From NCBI RefSeq assembly GCF_009914755.1, contig NC_060926.1: DNA of 64,000 bases. One strand, written 5' to 3'. Source of the stretch: the human T2T-CHM13v2.0 reference genome, Homo sapiens. The translations under genes and the position numbers were made by a program. Shown here piece after piece: positions 41,945-60,170 of this stretch (the stretch's first letter is position 1; each line of letters starts with the position of its first letter). The notes beneath the pieces were generated by a model, which searched no databases, was not told the DNA's origin, and saw only the letters and a list, made by a program, of their open reading frames with translations.

Positions 41945-44840
41945 AATGATGACATCCAGTTTCAGCTCTGAGATGTAAAAAACCTGGAAGTCATCACCCC
42001 TGTTTTTACAATAACAAAGACCTGGGAAAATTAAAACTAAATTACTTTCCATGGGCTCATCAAAGAACTGAATTTATGTGTCAAATTGCCACCCCAAAAT
42101 CTGATAGACAGTTAAATCCAGAGAGTTACAGCCAATACCCATTTATGTGGAACAGAAGCTGCTGGAGTCATAAACTAGTAAAAACACATAACTGGTAAAT
42201 TTGATGTATTGATAAAGATTGATTGAACATCAAAATAAGATTTGGAAACTCCTATGAGCTAAATTTTTAGGGAGCCTTCATATTTTCTGAACTTTACTTC
42301 TAAGATTCCATCAGAGGCAAGATAGACTTCCTCTTGCAAGTAACAAGGAAAGGGAAAGAGTAATTCTTGTGAAATATGCCAAGCGTGTTCTCCATCACAA
42401 AGACCTAATTTTCAAGGTAAAAATGTCACCAGAGTCTTGTTTAAGAGCTATGAGAGAAGGCATTTCTTACACTTCAGGTGCTTTAGATTTTATGTCTCAT
42501 CCAATAGGAAAAGAGAAAAATATACAAAACAAAATAATTACTCGGTCTGCAGGGCAGAGAAACATACCTACTAAAAGCCTGAAATTTAATTGAGGCATTG
42601 TGGAGTGCTACCGTTCCCTCATGCCTTACTACTACACTCCAGTATCATACTGGTGGATTATAGAAAAAGGAACTGCAAGACAGCCTCTATCTGAGAAGTA
42701 CCTAGGAAACTCATAGAAAGGAGAGAAGAATAAGAACAGTAGAAGAATTTGTATCTCTGGCAACTACAGCTACAGAAAATATAAAACAAATTCAAGATCC
42801 TAGCCAATATAACAGATTCTGTTACCTGATACAACATGTCTGACTTCCTTTTTTTTTTTTTTTTTTTTTGAGATGGAGTTTCACTCTTGTCCCCCAGGCT
42901 GGAGTGCAATGGGCCATCTCGGCTCACTGCAAACTTCGCCTCCTGGGTTCAAGCGATTCTCCTGCCTCAGCCTCCCGAGTAGCTAGGATTACAGGCATAT
43001 GCCACCACAGTTGGCTACTTTTTTGTATTTTTAGTAAAAATGGGATGTCACCATGTTAGCTAGGCTGGTCTCAAACTCCTGACCTCAGATGATCTGCCCA
43101 CCTTGGCCTTCCAAAATGCTAGGATTACACACATGAGCCACCGCGTCTGGCCCATGTCTGACTTTCAACAACAAAAAAATGTATACAGCACATTAAGGTC
43201 AAGAATAAAACAGCTGAAAAGGCAAAAGCAGCATCAGAACCAACTCATATATGACACATGACATAGATGATAAAACGATAAACCAGGGAAATTGAAATTA
43301 CAATGGTAAATATTTTCAGGGCTCTATTGAAAAAAAAATCTAGATAACATGCATTAACAGACATTTAACCTAAGCAGAGAATTGGGAATTCTGTGAAAGC
43401 ATTAGAAGGAAATGCTGGAAACAAATAAATAAGCCACTGTCATAGAAATGAAGAATGCCTTTGATGAGCTGCACAGTAAGTTCAATATAAGCAAGGAAAG
43501 AAAGAGTGAGGTTAAAGACAGGTAAATGGAAACATCAAAAACCAAAGTTAGAGGAGAAGAAACACAACAGAATATTCAAGAACCATAGGAAATTTTAAAA
43601 TTATAAATTGTAATAGCAGAAGGAAAAGAGAGGGAAAACAAAAAGCATTTGTAATAATAATGGCCAAAAAGTTTTCAGAATTATTGACAGACAGCAAACC
43701 ATAGATTCAGGGATCTCAGAGAACACCAAGAATACATTTTAAAAATCAACTTGGGAAAGTTATATTGAAACTCCAAAAAATTAAATTCAAAGATAAAACC
43801 TTGAAAGAAGCCAAAGGGGGAGAAAATCTATATCTGCAGAGGAACAAGGATAAGAATTACAGTAGACTTCAAGTCAGAAATCATGGAAGCATGAAAAAAA
43901 CAATTAAATATTTAAGATATTGAAAGAAAAAAGCCATCAACACAGAATTTTATATTTTGTGAACTTTCTCTTCAAAAATGAAAAAGTAAAGATCTTTTTC
44001 AGTCAAATAAAATATGAACAAAAAGTATCATTAGTAGATATTTCCTGCAAAAAAAAATTGAGAGTATTTTTTAGGTAGAAGGAAATTACATGTAATAAAC
44101 TGAGATATACACCAAGAAGCACATAAGAGAAAGAATAAATAAAAGCAAATACAAACTTATATTTTGATTATTCCTAATTGATCTAAAAATAGCTATAGAA
44201 AATAATGCTACTAATTATGTATTGGGTGAATATAGTATATGAATAAGTGAAATGACTTATCACAAAAGTGGTAGAGGAGATTTGAGAAGAATATTATAAG
44301 GTATCTTTACTACACATGAAGACAAATAGCTTTATTTTAAGTTTAACTTAGAGTAGTTTAAAATGTATATGCAAACTTTATAGAAAACATGATTTTTTGG
44401 AAATACTTACAAATGGCATGCTGAGAGATGGCATAAAATAAAATTATACTAGATGCGCATAAAAACCAAAGAAGTCAGGAAAAGAAGCCTCTGGCAAGGA
44501 ATATAATAACATTTACAAACATGGTTGATATTACTCCAAATATATAAATAATCACTTTAAAAGTGAATGTTCTAAATGCGTATTAAAACACGCACGCTCT
44601 CACACACAAATGAATACTATGTTGTCTACAGGAAACCCGTATTAAATGTTAAGACAAGATAGGTTAAAAGTTAAAGAATGGAAAAAGATATACCATACTA
44701 ACATTAATCAAACAAAAGCTGGAATACATACATTAATTTCAGAGAAATCAGACTTCAGAAAAAAAGTTGTCAAAAAGACAAAGACAATACATAATGATAA
44801 AGGGATCAATTATCCAAAAATATAATGTAATTCTAAAATG
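41945..44840 (+). mobile_element. Old L1M 5'UTR-ORF1-endonuclease remnant
   Basis: ORF1-like and EN-like stretches (ATAATCACTTTAAAAGTGAATG; TGTTGTCTACAGGAAACCC; GGAAAAAGATATACCAT). Confidence 0.78.
42847..43152 (-). mobile_element. Alu SINE (AluSq/Sp-like) nested in L1
   Basis: TSD CATGTCTGACTT at 42835-42846 and 43153-43164. Confidence 0.96.
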
Positions 44841-45646
44841 ACATATATTTATCCCATGTGGAAATCTGTTGGGAGGCAGTTGATGGCCAACAATATAACA
44901 TTCATAGGCTAAAGTACCCTGATTCCTTTTATTAATTTATTTCCATGTGTAGCCTTCATTCCCATGATGAATTTATACCCAATTAATTAATCAAGCTCCC
45001 ATAATCAATTTTCATTCTACTCAGCAAGAATAAAAAAAATACTGTTTTGTCCTCTGCTTAGAAAAATATGTCACTGCCATTTAGATTCCTTTGACTAGAG
45101 TTTATACTACTTGGTTACAGATAGCTGCAAGGGAGACAAGAACATGTAGTTTTTCTTTAAGGCGAACCAGCCCAAACCATAGGAAGATGCAAAAGATGTT
45201 ATAACTAGTTAATTTTGCCACTTTCCATTTGCTTAGTGAACATCTTTGAAACAGTCAGTAGTTTGCTCTTAGCAAAGAGGCTGATATGGTAAAAAGAAAA
45301 TAAAAATAGATAGGTACATCTTCTGTTCTTGATTTAATCTAGGCCTCCCAATGTGGTAGAAATATGTCCATGTATTCCATAAATTAATATACTAATTAAT
45401 ATGTTTCAAATAAGGCACAGTGACTCAAATGATTTATTAAAAATGCATCCTTGAGGAAAATGAAAACTATATAAGCAAGTTATGAAATTGGTGTATTATA
45501 AATAAACTAAAGGATAGCTTGGGCAAAGTGAAAATCTATCAGATATAACTAGAATATTCAGGCAAGCCACTGTGAGGGAGATAATAGATGCTGGAAGTAT
45601 TGACAAAAAGAAATACTTTATGGGAATTTTGGCAGAGTGCATTTCT

Positions 45647-45696
45647 TTCTTCTTTCCTTTCTTCTTTCCTTTTCTCCTTCCTTCCTCTTTCTTTCT

Positions 45697-45751
<55 letters not shown>

Positions 45752-46049
45752 CTTTTTTTTCACAGGGTCTCATTCTGTTGGCCAGGCTGGACTGCAGTGG
45801 CACAAACACTGCTCACTAAAGCCTTGACTTCCCTTTTCCAGGCTCAAACGATCCTCCTGCCTCAGCCTCCCAAGTAGTTGAGACCATAGGTGCATGATAT
45901 GGTACCCAGCTATTTATCACTTTATCTTCTGTAGAGACAGAGGTTCCCTTATGTTGCCAGGCTGGTCTTGAACTCCTGGGCCCAAGTCATGCTCCTGTCT
46001 CAGCCCCCCAAAGTGTTAGGATTACAGGCATGAGCCACTGTGCCTGGCC
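45647..46049 (-). mobile_element. AluJ SINE with tail expanded into a (CTTT)n microsatellite (45647-45760)
   Basis: Diverged Alu. TSD CAGAGTGCATTTCT (45633-45646) and CAGAGTTCATGTCT (46050-46063). Confidence 0.92.
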
Positions 46050-46379
46050 CAGAGTTCATGTCTATGCATAAATGTGCAATAGGAAATAACCCAAGTCTAA
46101 TGGGAGTATAGATTGGATTGGATGGTTGGAATTAGATTGAAAAGCTAAAAATCAATAATGTTATTCTATGGGCATGGTGCATAAAAGAGTGTTGAGCATG
46201 ACAACACAATGATCAGAAGAGTATTTTCAGAAAGTTAATTTATAGTTAGTGTGAGGAAGTGGAGATGATTCCATTGAAGGAAAATATAACAGTAAGTTGT
46301 ACTCCATAACTGTTGGGAAAATGTAAGGGTAATTAAAGACGTAGGGATTCAAACTCTAATTAAAGTAAATCTTAGCATT

Positions 46380-46742
46380 GGACAGAGAAACTGGAAAGAG
46401 ATAACAAGGAATGGGAAAGGTGGGTGGTGGAAAGGGGGCATGAAGAGACATTGGTTATGGATACAAACATACAGTTAGAAAAAAATAAGATCTAATGTTT
46501 CACAGCAGTTAGAAAAAATAAGTTCTAATGTTTCACAGCAGACTATGGTAACTATATTTAGCACAAGTATTATGTATTTTTCAAAGGAACCAGAAGAGAG
46601 GACTTGAAATGATACCAACACATAGAATTGACACTCAAGATGAATACCCCCAAATACCTTCACTTGATCATTACAAATTCTATGCATTTAACAACAAACA
46701 TACATATCCTATAAACATGTAAAATATATATCAATTAAAAAG
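46380..46742 (+). mobile_element. L1MA-type 3'UTR fragment
   Basis: GGATACAAACATACAGTTAGA...CAGAAGAGAGGACTTGAAATG...TATCAATTAAAA. Confidence 0.75.
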
Positions 46743-47664
46743 CATCAGGTATCTTTAAAGATATTTGAGGACAATAGGAGGTAATTGATGTTAACATACT
46801 TTGTATGTTAAGCTTGCATAAATTTAGTAATTGCATAGACTAACATGATTATATAATATCTCTAGTACTAAATAAGCAACATTACATCCTGCTATATTGC
46901 TGAGGAATTATGGGTTAAAAGATCATAATTCTTTTGTTCTTTTCCAAGTAGGTTATGCTGAATTATCTAAGACAAAAGTCTCCTGTGAGTAAGACAAAAC
47001 CAGGAGACTGACATAGCACTGGCGACAGATTTCATCCACTTTTGGGAAATAGAGGAAAAGCATGATATGAATGATCTTATTTAAATTCCATTCCTTTGAG
47101 TATAATATAATTTTCTGTAGCAAGGGGCAAAGAAAAGTCAGGATGTGTGACAACTGTGTTTAGTTCCCTAATTTTTAAAAAATTTATCCTTTAAATGTAC
47201 ATAACTAGGCTGCATTCTAATTCACAGGATTAGTGTGAAAATTTTTTTAAAAATAATGCGAGTAAAATGCATGATAAAATGAACCTCTATACAAATTTTG
47301 TATAATTCAACATAAAGTGTTATATACAGCAGAATGTTACCAAGTAACTGTAATAATAGCTAATATATATGATACACTTTTTATTCCAGATTCTGTAATA
47401 GAAGTTTTATAAAAGATTTGCTGATCAAAACACTTTAATAATTTCTCACTGACAAATTTCATTGGTTAGTACATCAAAATATGTTTGCAGTTGACTTTTA
47501 ATTAAGTAAAAAAAAGATAATTTGATGCTGGCTTCTGATTCATGTGACTTATCCCAAGAAAATTGGTTTATCTCTTTTTTTACTGTCACAATTTCTGTCT
47601 ACTGTGAATTTAGTAGGACTATTTTGTACTTAAAACTAACTTATCTGACCTAAGTAGAGGATGC

Positions 47665-48713
47665 TGTTGGAGGAAGTCAGTGACCCCAAATGGAGGGACC
47701 GGCTGAAGCCATTGCAGAAGAACATAAATTGTGAAGATTTCATGGACATTTATTAGTTCCCCAAATTAATACTTGTATAATTTCTCACGCCTGTCTTTAC
47801 TGTAATCTCTGAACATAAGTTGTGAAGATTTCATGGACATTTATCACTTCCCCAATCAATACTCTTGTGATTTCCTATGCCTGTCTTTACTTTAATCTCT
47901 TAATCCCATCATCTTTGTAAACTGAGGGTGTATGTCACCTCAGGACCCTGTGATGATTGCGTTAACTGCACAAATTGTTCATAAAGCATGTGTGTTTAAA
48001 CAATATGAAATCTGGGCACCTTGAAAAAAGAACAGGATAACAGTGATGTTCAGGGAACAAGGGAGATAACCATTCGGTTTCGCTGCCTGAGAGCCGAGCA
48101 GAACAGAGCCATATTTCTCTTCTTACAAAAGTGAATAGGAGAAATATCACTGAATTCTTTTTCTCAGCAAGGAACAGCCCTAAGAAAGAGAATGTGTTCG
48201 TCTGTCTTATATGGTTGAAGATAAGGGGTGAAATAAGCCCCAGTCTCCTGCAGAGCTCCCAGGACTATTAGGATGAGGAAATTCCTGCCTAGTAAATTTT
48301 AGTCAGACTGGTCGTCTGCTCTCAAACCCTGTCTCCTGATAAGATGTTATCAATGACAATGCGTGCCCAGTGGGACATGAAACTTCATTAGCAATTTTAA
48401 TTTCGCCCTGGTCCTGTGATCTCGCTCTGCCCCCATTTGCCTCGTGATATTTTGTTGCCTTGTGAAACATGTGATCTCTGTGACCCACACCCTGTTCATA
48501 CACTCCCTCCCTTTTGAAAATCACTAATAGAAACTTGCTGGTTTTGCGGCTTGAGGGGCATCACGGAACCTGCCGACATGTGACATCTCCCCTGGACACC
48601 CAGCTTTAAAATGTCTCTCGTTGGTACTCTTTCCCTTTATTTCTCAGACTGGCCAACACTTAGGGAAAATAGAAAAGAACCTATGTTGAAATATTGGGGT
48701 GGTTCCCCCAGTA
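47665..48713 (+). mobile_element. MER11 (HERV-K11/HML-8) solo LTR
   Basis: TGTTGGAGGAAGTCAGTGACCCCAAATGGAGGGACCGGCTGAAGCC...GGTTCCCCCAGTA. 6-bp TSD GGATGC/GGGTGC and an internal ~93-bp duplication. Confidence 0.92.
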
Positions 48714-49865
48714 GGGTGCTTACTAGAAAGTTCCTCAGCAAATCACGTACTCATTTTGGAAAGTCAGCTACAGCTAAAAAATACAATTTAGATACTATGA
48801 CCATTATTATTTTCAGTTAAATAGACATTTCCATCTAAAATTATAAATTAAACTGATGAGTTGGCAAAGCAATATCCCATTCATTCAGATGTAATTGATA
48901 TGAGGATAGTTTATATCCATTTTTTTTTTTGCTGATGTAATTCCAAGAGTCAAGTATTGGTGTCAGTGTGTATATGTGTCCTTGTGTATTTTAGAATTAT
49001 GATCAGAGTTAAAAACTATAAAAAGAAGCAGAATTAAAAACTTATGTAGTTCCTAGCTCAGAATTCAAAGCATGAACACACAAATTGAGAGATGGAGCTA
49101 AGTATCAGAGATGAAGGAAAGTATCCCAAGATCTAAAACAAGAAGTGGATTTACAAACTGAACAGTAAGGTGATTACTCATCCTGCAGAGAAAGGTAATA
49201 TTTACCAACTGTCATGATTATAAATTCCTCATATGAATTATCTCCTGATATGATAAAGGCGTCAATTGATTATAACAGCAATGTCAACTCTCAGAGACGT
49301 CTAGATAATGTTGGCAAATTATATCTAATTTTTTGTTTCTTCAAGTTTCTGAGGATTCACAAAGTATTCTTCAAAAAGCACATAATCTTCAAGCCCCATG
49401 TGAACAATGAAGCAGGCAGAAAAATTGCAAAATATTTACTGAGATAAGAGAACAGCCTTGGAATAAGTGTGTATCTAGTCAATTCACATGGATGGTTATG
49501 GTAATGGTTTATTATTTATATAACAGAAGAGCTATCACAAACACAAACACACACATCCAAGCAAACGTGCATTCAACTATTCCATGGACAGGCTGTATTA
49601 TGAAAATTAAGTAAGATGAAAGGGCTTAGTGACTTATAACTTAAAACTATCAGGTTTAATTGATAAGAATGTCAGGGTCACAATGAGAAAATTTCAGAAA
49701 GCAACATTAAATAAAAGATAGACTGTCTTATATTAATACTAAAGTAGTAAATACAACCATACAATCAAAGTTAAGTGGGTAAATATTATCAGACACAAAA
49801 AGTTCAAGAATGAGAATAAGCAGTGAATGGAACTATCATAAGAAATATCAAAATGAGTTAATATG

Positions 49866-50700
49866 ATTTCATGTAATTTCACTTGTCTATTTTTTTGTTT
49901 ATTGCTTACAATTTTGGTGTTAAATCCAGTAAATCATTACCCAGATTGAAGTTAGGTGGTTTTTCTCCTATGCTTTCTTCAAGAAAGTTTAGAATTTCAG
50001 GTCTTATGTTCAACTTATTAATCCATTTTGAGATTATGTTGTATATGATGTGAAATGAGGGTCTAACTTAATTATTTTGCAAGTGCACATGGAGTTTTCA
50101 CAGCATCATTTATTGAAGAGACTTCTTTCTTCATTGTGTGTTCTTGATAACTTCATCAAAAATAAGTTGACAGTGCCTGCTTGGATTTGCTTTTGGCTTT
50201 CTATTATGTTCCATTGGTCTAGGTGACTGTCTTTATGCCAGTATCACATTGTTTCAATTACTGTAACTTTGTAACATATTTTGAAATCAGAAAATTTGAT
50301 GCCTCCATAATGTTTCTTCTTCTTTTTCAAGACTAATTTGGCTATTTCAAATCTTTTGTGCTTCCATACAAATTTTGTGAGTGTATCATTCATTATCATT
50401 TAAAAATGTCATTGGAAAGTTGATAAGAATTACATAGAAACTAAAAAGATTTGCACAGCAAAGGAAACAATCAATAGAGGGAAAAGGCAACCTATGGAAT
50501 GGGAGCAATTATTAACAAACTATATATTTGATAAGAGATTAATAGCCAAAACATGTCATAATTTACTGCAACTCAGTAGAAAGAAACATAATCCAATTAA
50601 TAAAAAAAATGGAGCAAAGATTTGAATATACATCTTTTCATAAAAGATATACAAATGCCCTCCAGGTATATAAAAGGGTGCTTAACATCATTAATTATCA
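49866..50700. mobile_element. L1 ORF2 fragment with internal inversion (minus 49866-50435, plus 50428-50700)
   Basis: The minus segment is the L1 sequence immediately upstream of the plus segment (AAACTAAAAAGATTTGCACAGCAAAGGAAACAATCAA). Confidence 0.8.
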
Positions 50701-51194
50701 AATATCAAAGAGCTGACAACCTAGCAAAGGATTTTCAGGCTAAAGAAGAAGGGAAATTAAAAACCAAGAGGGTAAATCCTAAAGCAACTTTTTTTCTGAA
50801 GACATTTATTGATATGGGAGAAAAGAAACTTAGTTTGTGATGATTTTGAAGACACGGTGGCAGAAGTTAAAGCCTGAAGCCCACAGAAAATACAAAATCT
50901 ATTAGAGAATTTACCCATAACAAGTTGAACTCACAAAGAACTGTAACTTCAGATTAAGGCTAACAAAATCAAAGTACTCAATGTTTTTCAAGAAAGTGTA
51001 TCTTGTCTCTAAGCACAATACGTAGGAAAATTTGAGATAAGTTAAACACAAGTCAGGTTTCGTAAAGGTTTGCCACCCAAATATACCCTACCCGGGTAGA
51101 ATTAAAACAAAAAAAATGAACAAAAAACAAACTATTTCACTTTGAAATTTAGTGTCTCAGGACATATGGTAGAAGTAAAAGATAAGCCATTTAT

Positions 51195-52085
51195 TCATTT
51201 TTTTCTAGTGCTGTGTATTTTCAAATAGCCTTCCTTCCTGCTCACTATTTCCTTCTTCTGCTTTATCAGTTCTGCTGTTGGGATTCTTCTATGCATTTTT
51301 CAGTTCAGCCAATGTATTTCTCAGTTCCAGACTTTCTGTTTCATTTTTTAAAAATTATTCTCTTTGTTAAGTTTCTCTTGTATATGTCTGAATTGATTTT
51401 CTGTGTTGTCTTGAAGTTTCTTTATTTTGCTTACAACTTCTATTTTGAATTTTTGATCTAGGAGCTCACTTATTGCTGTCTCATTGGAGTCAGTCACTGG
51501 TTCCTTGCTTTGTCCATCTGGGGAGGCACTGCTTCCCTGTTTGCTGTTGCTTCTGGTGGACATACATCTACTTTTTTTGGCATTGAAGAATTAGTTATTT
51601 ATTCTGGTATTGCTGTCTGAGTCGGTTTGCTCTTTATGGAATATGTGTGTTTAGGTTTTGCTTGGTTTTGTCTTTATAGCATATGTGTGTCTGTCCAGTT
51701 TGCCTGTTGATTCCCACAATCCTAGATTGCCACCTTTCTTTCAACACTAAATAACACCCTAAGCCCAGGTTTGCTGCAGCTGTCAGAAAAGTTTGAAGCA
51801 CTACTCTTCCTAGATGAAGGGGCCAGAAAATCCCAAGGGGGATTCCCTCTCTGTGTGGTGAGGCTGGCTAGGGGACTGTGCCAAAAGGACCCATGGAGCA
51901 TGCCTCCTACAGCATGGTACAGCTGAATCACGTCTCTGATTTGGCATCCCCTGCATGTGAGATAAAGAGGAGCTCCCAAGTTTCACACACTAGGCTGCTA
52001 AACCCACCTTCATTGTTTGTCTTCAGCTGCATTCTGGGGTCCCTGTCCTTATAGGTACTTGCACACTTCCCGTTCCTTTTCTTCC
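51195..52085 (-). mobile_element. L1 5'UTR/ORF1 remnant
   Basis: ORF 51348-51563(-) ...ISELLDQKFKIEVVSKIKKLQDNTENQF resembles the L1 ORF1p N-terminal coiled coil. Confidence 0.75.
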
Positions 52086-52109
52086 CCAACTCAATGCCTC
52101 GCAGCCATT

Positions 52110-53690
52110 GATCCTCTGTCTTCATAATGTTGCCTTTTCCATAATGAATGTCATAGAGTTAAAATTTTATAGTTTACAGATTTTTAGGTTGGTTTCTTTC
52201 ACTTAGTAATATGTGTTTAATATTTCTTCATAGTTTTTTGTGGCTTGATAGTTTTTATTTTTAGTACTGAATAATGTTCCATTGTCTGGATGCACTAGAG
52301 TTCATCCATTTACCTTCTGAAGGTCATTTTGGTTGCTTTCACATTTTTGATATAAATACAGCTAGCTGCTCTAACATCTTTTGCAGGGTTTTTTTTTTCT
52401 GCACATAAATTTTCACCTACTTTGGGTAAATACCAATTAATGTGATCGTTGGATTGTATGAAGAGTACGTTTAGTTTTGTAATAATTTGCCAAACTACTT
52501 TTCAAAGTGGCTGTGCCATTTTGCATTGCCATCAGCAAAAAGAGAGTTTCTGTTACTCCACAATCTGCACAGCATTTGTTGTCAGTTTCCTTGATTTTTG
52601 CCATTCTAAAAAGTGTACAGTGGTATCTCGTGGTGGTTTTAATTGCATTTCCCTGAAAACATATCATGTAGAGCATCTTATCATATTCTTATTTCCATCT
52701 GTATATCTTCTTTGGTGAGGTGTCTATTAAGGTCTTACATTTTACTCAATTTGTTTTTTTTTCTTATTGTTGAGTTTTAGAGTTCTTTGTATATTACAGT
52801 TAGTATTTCCTTATCAAATAGGTCTTTTGCAAATATTTTATTCCAGTCAGTGGCTTGTGTTTTTATTCCCTTGACAATGTCTTTCACAGAGTACACCATT
52901 TTAATTTTAGTGAAGTCCAATCTATCAACTATTTACGTTATGGATTGTGCCTTTGATGTCATATTTAAAAGTCATTTCCAAACCGGTCATATAAATTTGT
53001 TTGATCATCTAAATTTTATTCTATATTATGTTCTAAGAGTTTTATAGTTTTATATTTTAATCTTAGGTTTGTGGTCCATTTTGAGTTGTGATTGTATTTA
53101 AGATCTGTGTCTAGATTTTTAAAAAAATATTATTATTATTCTTTGCAATTTGATGTCTAGTTGTTCCAGCACTGTTTGTTGGAGAGTTTATCTTGCTCCA
53201 TTGTATTTCTTTTATTCTTTGGTCAAAGATCAATTAGCCAAATTAATGTGGGTCTGTTTCGGGGTTCTTGAATCTGTTTCATTGGACTATTTGTTTATTT
53301 TAAAAATTAACACCACATTCTCTCAATTACTGTGCATTTATAGTAATTCTTGAAGATGGTATTGTCAGTCATCCAGCTTTTATCTCTTTCAATATTATGC
53401 TGGCTATGCTGGCTATTTTCCCTCTCCATATAAACTTTAGAATTTGTTAATATCACAAAATAAATTGCTAGATGTTGATTGGGATTGCATTAAATCTGCA
53501 GATCACATTAGGAAGAACTGATGTCTCGGCAACATTGAGTCTTCCTATCCCTGAGCATGGACTATCTCTCCATTTACTTATTTTGTTTGTTTGTTTCTTT
53601 CATCAGAGTATTGTGGTTTTCCTCATAGAGCCCTTGTACATATTTCGTAGATTTTTATCTATGCATTCTACTTTTGGGGTGCTAATGCAA
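52110..53690 (-). mobile_element. L1MB/MC ORF2-3' fragment
   Basis: ORF 52437-52676(-) IKTTTRYHCTLFRMAKIK matches the L1 ORF2 C-terminal region. Confidence 0.85.
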
Positions 53691-53763
53691 AAGATATAGG
53701 GGAAGTGACATAAATTATCTTGACAGTAGTCTCAGAGTTACATATGTGAAGCGACAGTCATAA

Positions 53764-54121
<358 letters not shown>

Positions 54122-55102
54122 AAACACAAGAGATGTTAATACCTGTCTTTCCCTTCGGCACCACATTCTTTAATACCACATTGTTCCTATTATTTTAAGT
54201 GAACTACATGATTTATCATAGTGTGTCTCTTATCAATGATGCTGGTATGTTTGTGTGTGAATGTGTGTTTGTGATCTACTGTTAGCTCCTTGATGACAGG
54301 GAAACTGTGCTTTCTCTTTGTGCTTCACTCTATATCTTAATCTAGCAGAAGCTGGGTATATAACAGCCATTTAAAAAACATATGTTGAAAGTATCTGTTT
54401 TTTATGTTAATGCAAAAGGTACGTAGAATTCACAACTTTCAAGTATTTCTTTGTCATGGGTGCGGCATGATGTTTTTCTACCTAATCACATTTAATGATA
54501 CTCTGAAACCATTCCTGAACTGGCAATGCAAATTAAGAATAAAATAAATACATTGCCCTCATCCCCAGAATTAAAATGAATCTGAGACTGCATAATGTAA
54601 CTAGGCAGTAACATAATAAACAACTTATTCCATTTTGCTTATCTCTCCTGTTCTCTTTGTTTTAACTTCAGTGTTTGAGAATGGCATTGTACTTTATGGT
54701 AGAATTTACATATGTTGGACATAATAGAGGTTGGAATTACCCTGTGCGTTCAATAGGATGACTTAAGTGTTTGGTTTGTTAAAAAATCTTTGACAATTAT
54801 CTGCCGTTTGGAAATTCAAAGCCCCAGTATTAATTCAATTTGTTTTCAATGCATTTTTCTTTGGGAACCACCTCCATTTCTTTAGGGAGAATAAAACAAA
54901 ATAGGATCCACAAAAAAAGAAAAACAATGTTAGACAGCAACTATTTTAAAAAAATCCACACCTGCACAACAGAGCAATTTTCTTCATCTCCACCAAACTA
55001 AAGTAATTATGTTTAGTAAACACCTTATGAAAATAACTTGGCAAGCCTTGTTGAATCAGAAACAAACTTTATGGTGCCCTACTTGGCTTGGTTAGCATCC
55101 AG

Positions 55103-55116
55103 GTTTCCATGGAAAC
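55103..55116. promoter_or_regulatory. Perfect palindromic RFX X-box motif GTTTCCATGGAAAC
   Basis: 14-bp palindrome matching the RFX consensus in apparently unique sequence. Function is not shown. Confidence 0.35.
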
Positions 55117-56091
55117 TGAATCATATCACAGCTTAAAAAAATTAATCTAATGCTTTTAATGTAAACAGGACTTTGTACTAAATTACACATCAATATGTTT
55201 TTATATGCACTTTATTTAAAAATATAGCTCTGTGTTGGATTGCTATATGATACTAGCCCATGACATTTCAAAGAAAATACAAAGTCATAAACAAAGGGGA
55301 TAAAAAATAAGGATGAATCTCCAAAGGGTTTTATTTAATAAATTTAAGGAAAGTTGTGCAGTGGGAGTGTAAGCTAAGTTTAGGTTTTTGCTTAGGTACA
55401 AATGTGTACCTACACTGATGGTTTCCTATTAACTACCTTTTAGCTCAAAATTCCTTTCTGGACTGCAGTTAGTGGCTGGGTACATACTTATTCCTTAGTC
55501 ATTGTTTCTCATAATATTTTCTATAGTTCGTTTTGTAGAAATAAGAGAAAATTCTGGGCTCAGGTAAAACCATCAAATTCATCATCATCAGTGTCATCAC
55601 TATCAGCATTACTGGTTCAGTGATTCCCAATGTCCAAAATGATTTTCAAAGGCAGTGCATTATAGATATGACTAACAAACCAGCAGTACAACTATATTTT
55701 CTAAAAATGTATGGCCAATATAACTGAAACTGAAATAAATGAGTTACCTACCTCGCATTTACACAATAAAACAATTAGTGGTTCCTAAAATGGAATGAAG
55801 TTATCCTGATCCCAAATCAGTAGTAGTACTTTCCATTTCCTAGCTGTGAGAACTTAGGTCAGTCACCTGCACTCAAAGTTGTTTAGAGGCACCATGGAGG
55901 TGCGATATGAGAAATCACTTTGTGAAATACAAAGCAGGCTATATATGTAAAATACTAGGAAAGACCATAAGCATATAGAAAAATTACAAAACTAAAAAAA
56001 AAAAAACACAAAAACAAATTATTATATCCTATAATATCTTAAACATGCAAAGAAATGTCTTAAATCTATAATGTGTAAATAAATGTTGAGA

Positions 56092-56516
<425 letters not shown>

Positions 56517-56579
56517 TCATTGTTAACTCAATGTAAGTTTTGATCTATCTTGTGTTAGTGATAATAATTATGGCAATCA

Positions 56580-60170
<3,591 letters not shown>

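Noticed and set aside
45539-45877. Lys/Glu/Arg-rich and Phe/Leu/Ser-rich ORFs
   Set aside because: Translations of the (CTTT)n Alu-tail microsatellite.
46472-46538. 33-34-bp tandem duplication CAGTTAGAAAAAAATAAG.TCTAATGTTTCACAG
   Set aside because: A simple local slippage duplication within an L1 3'UTR.
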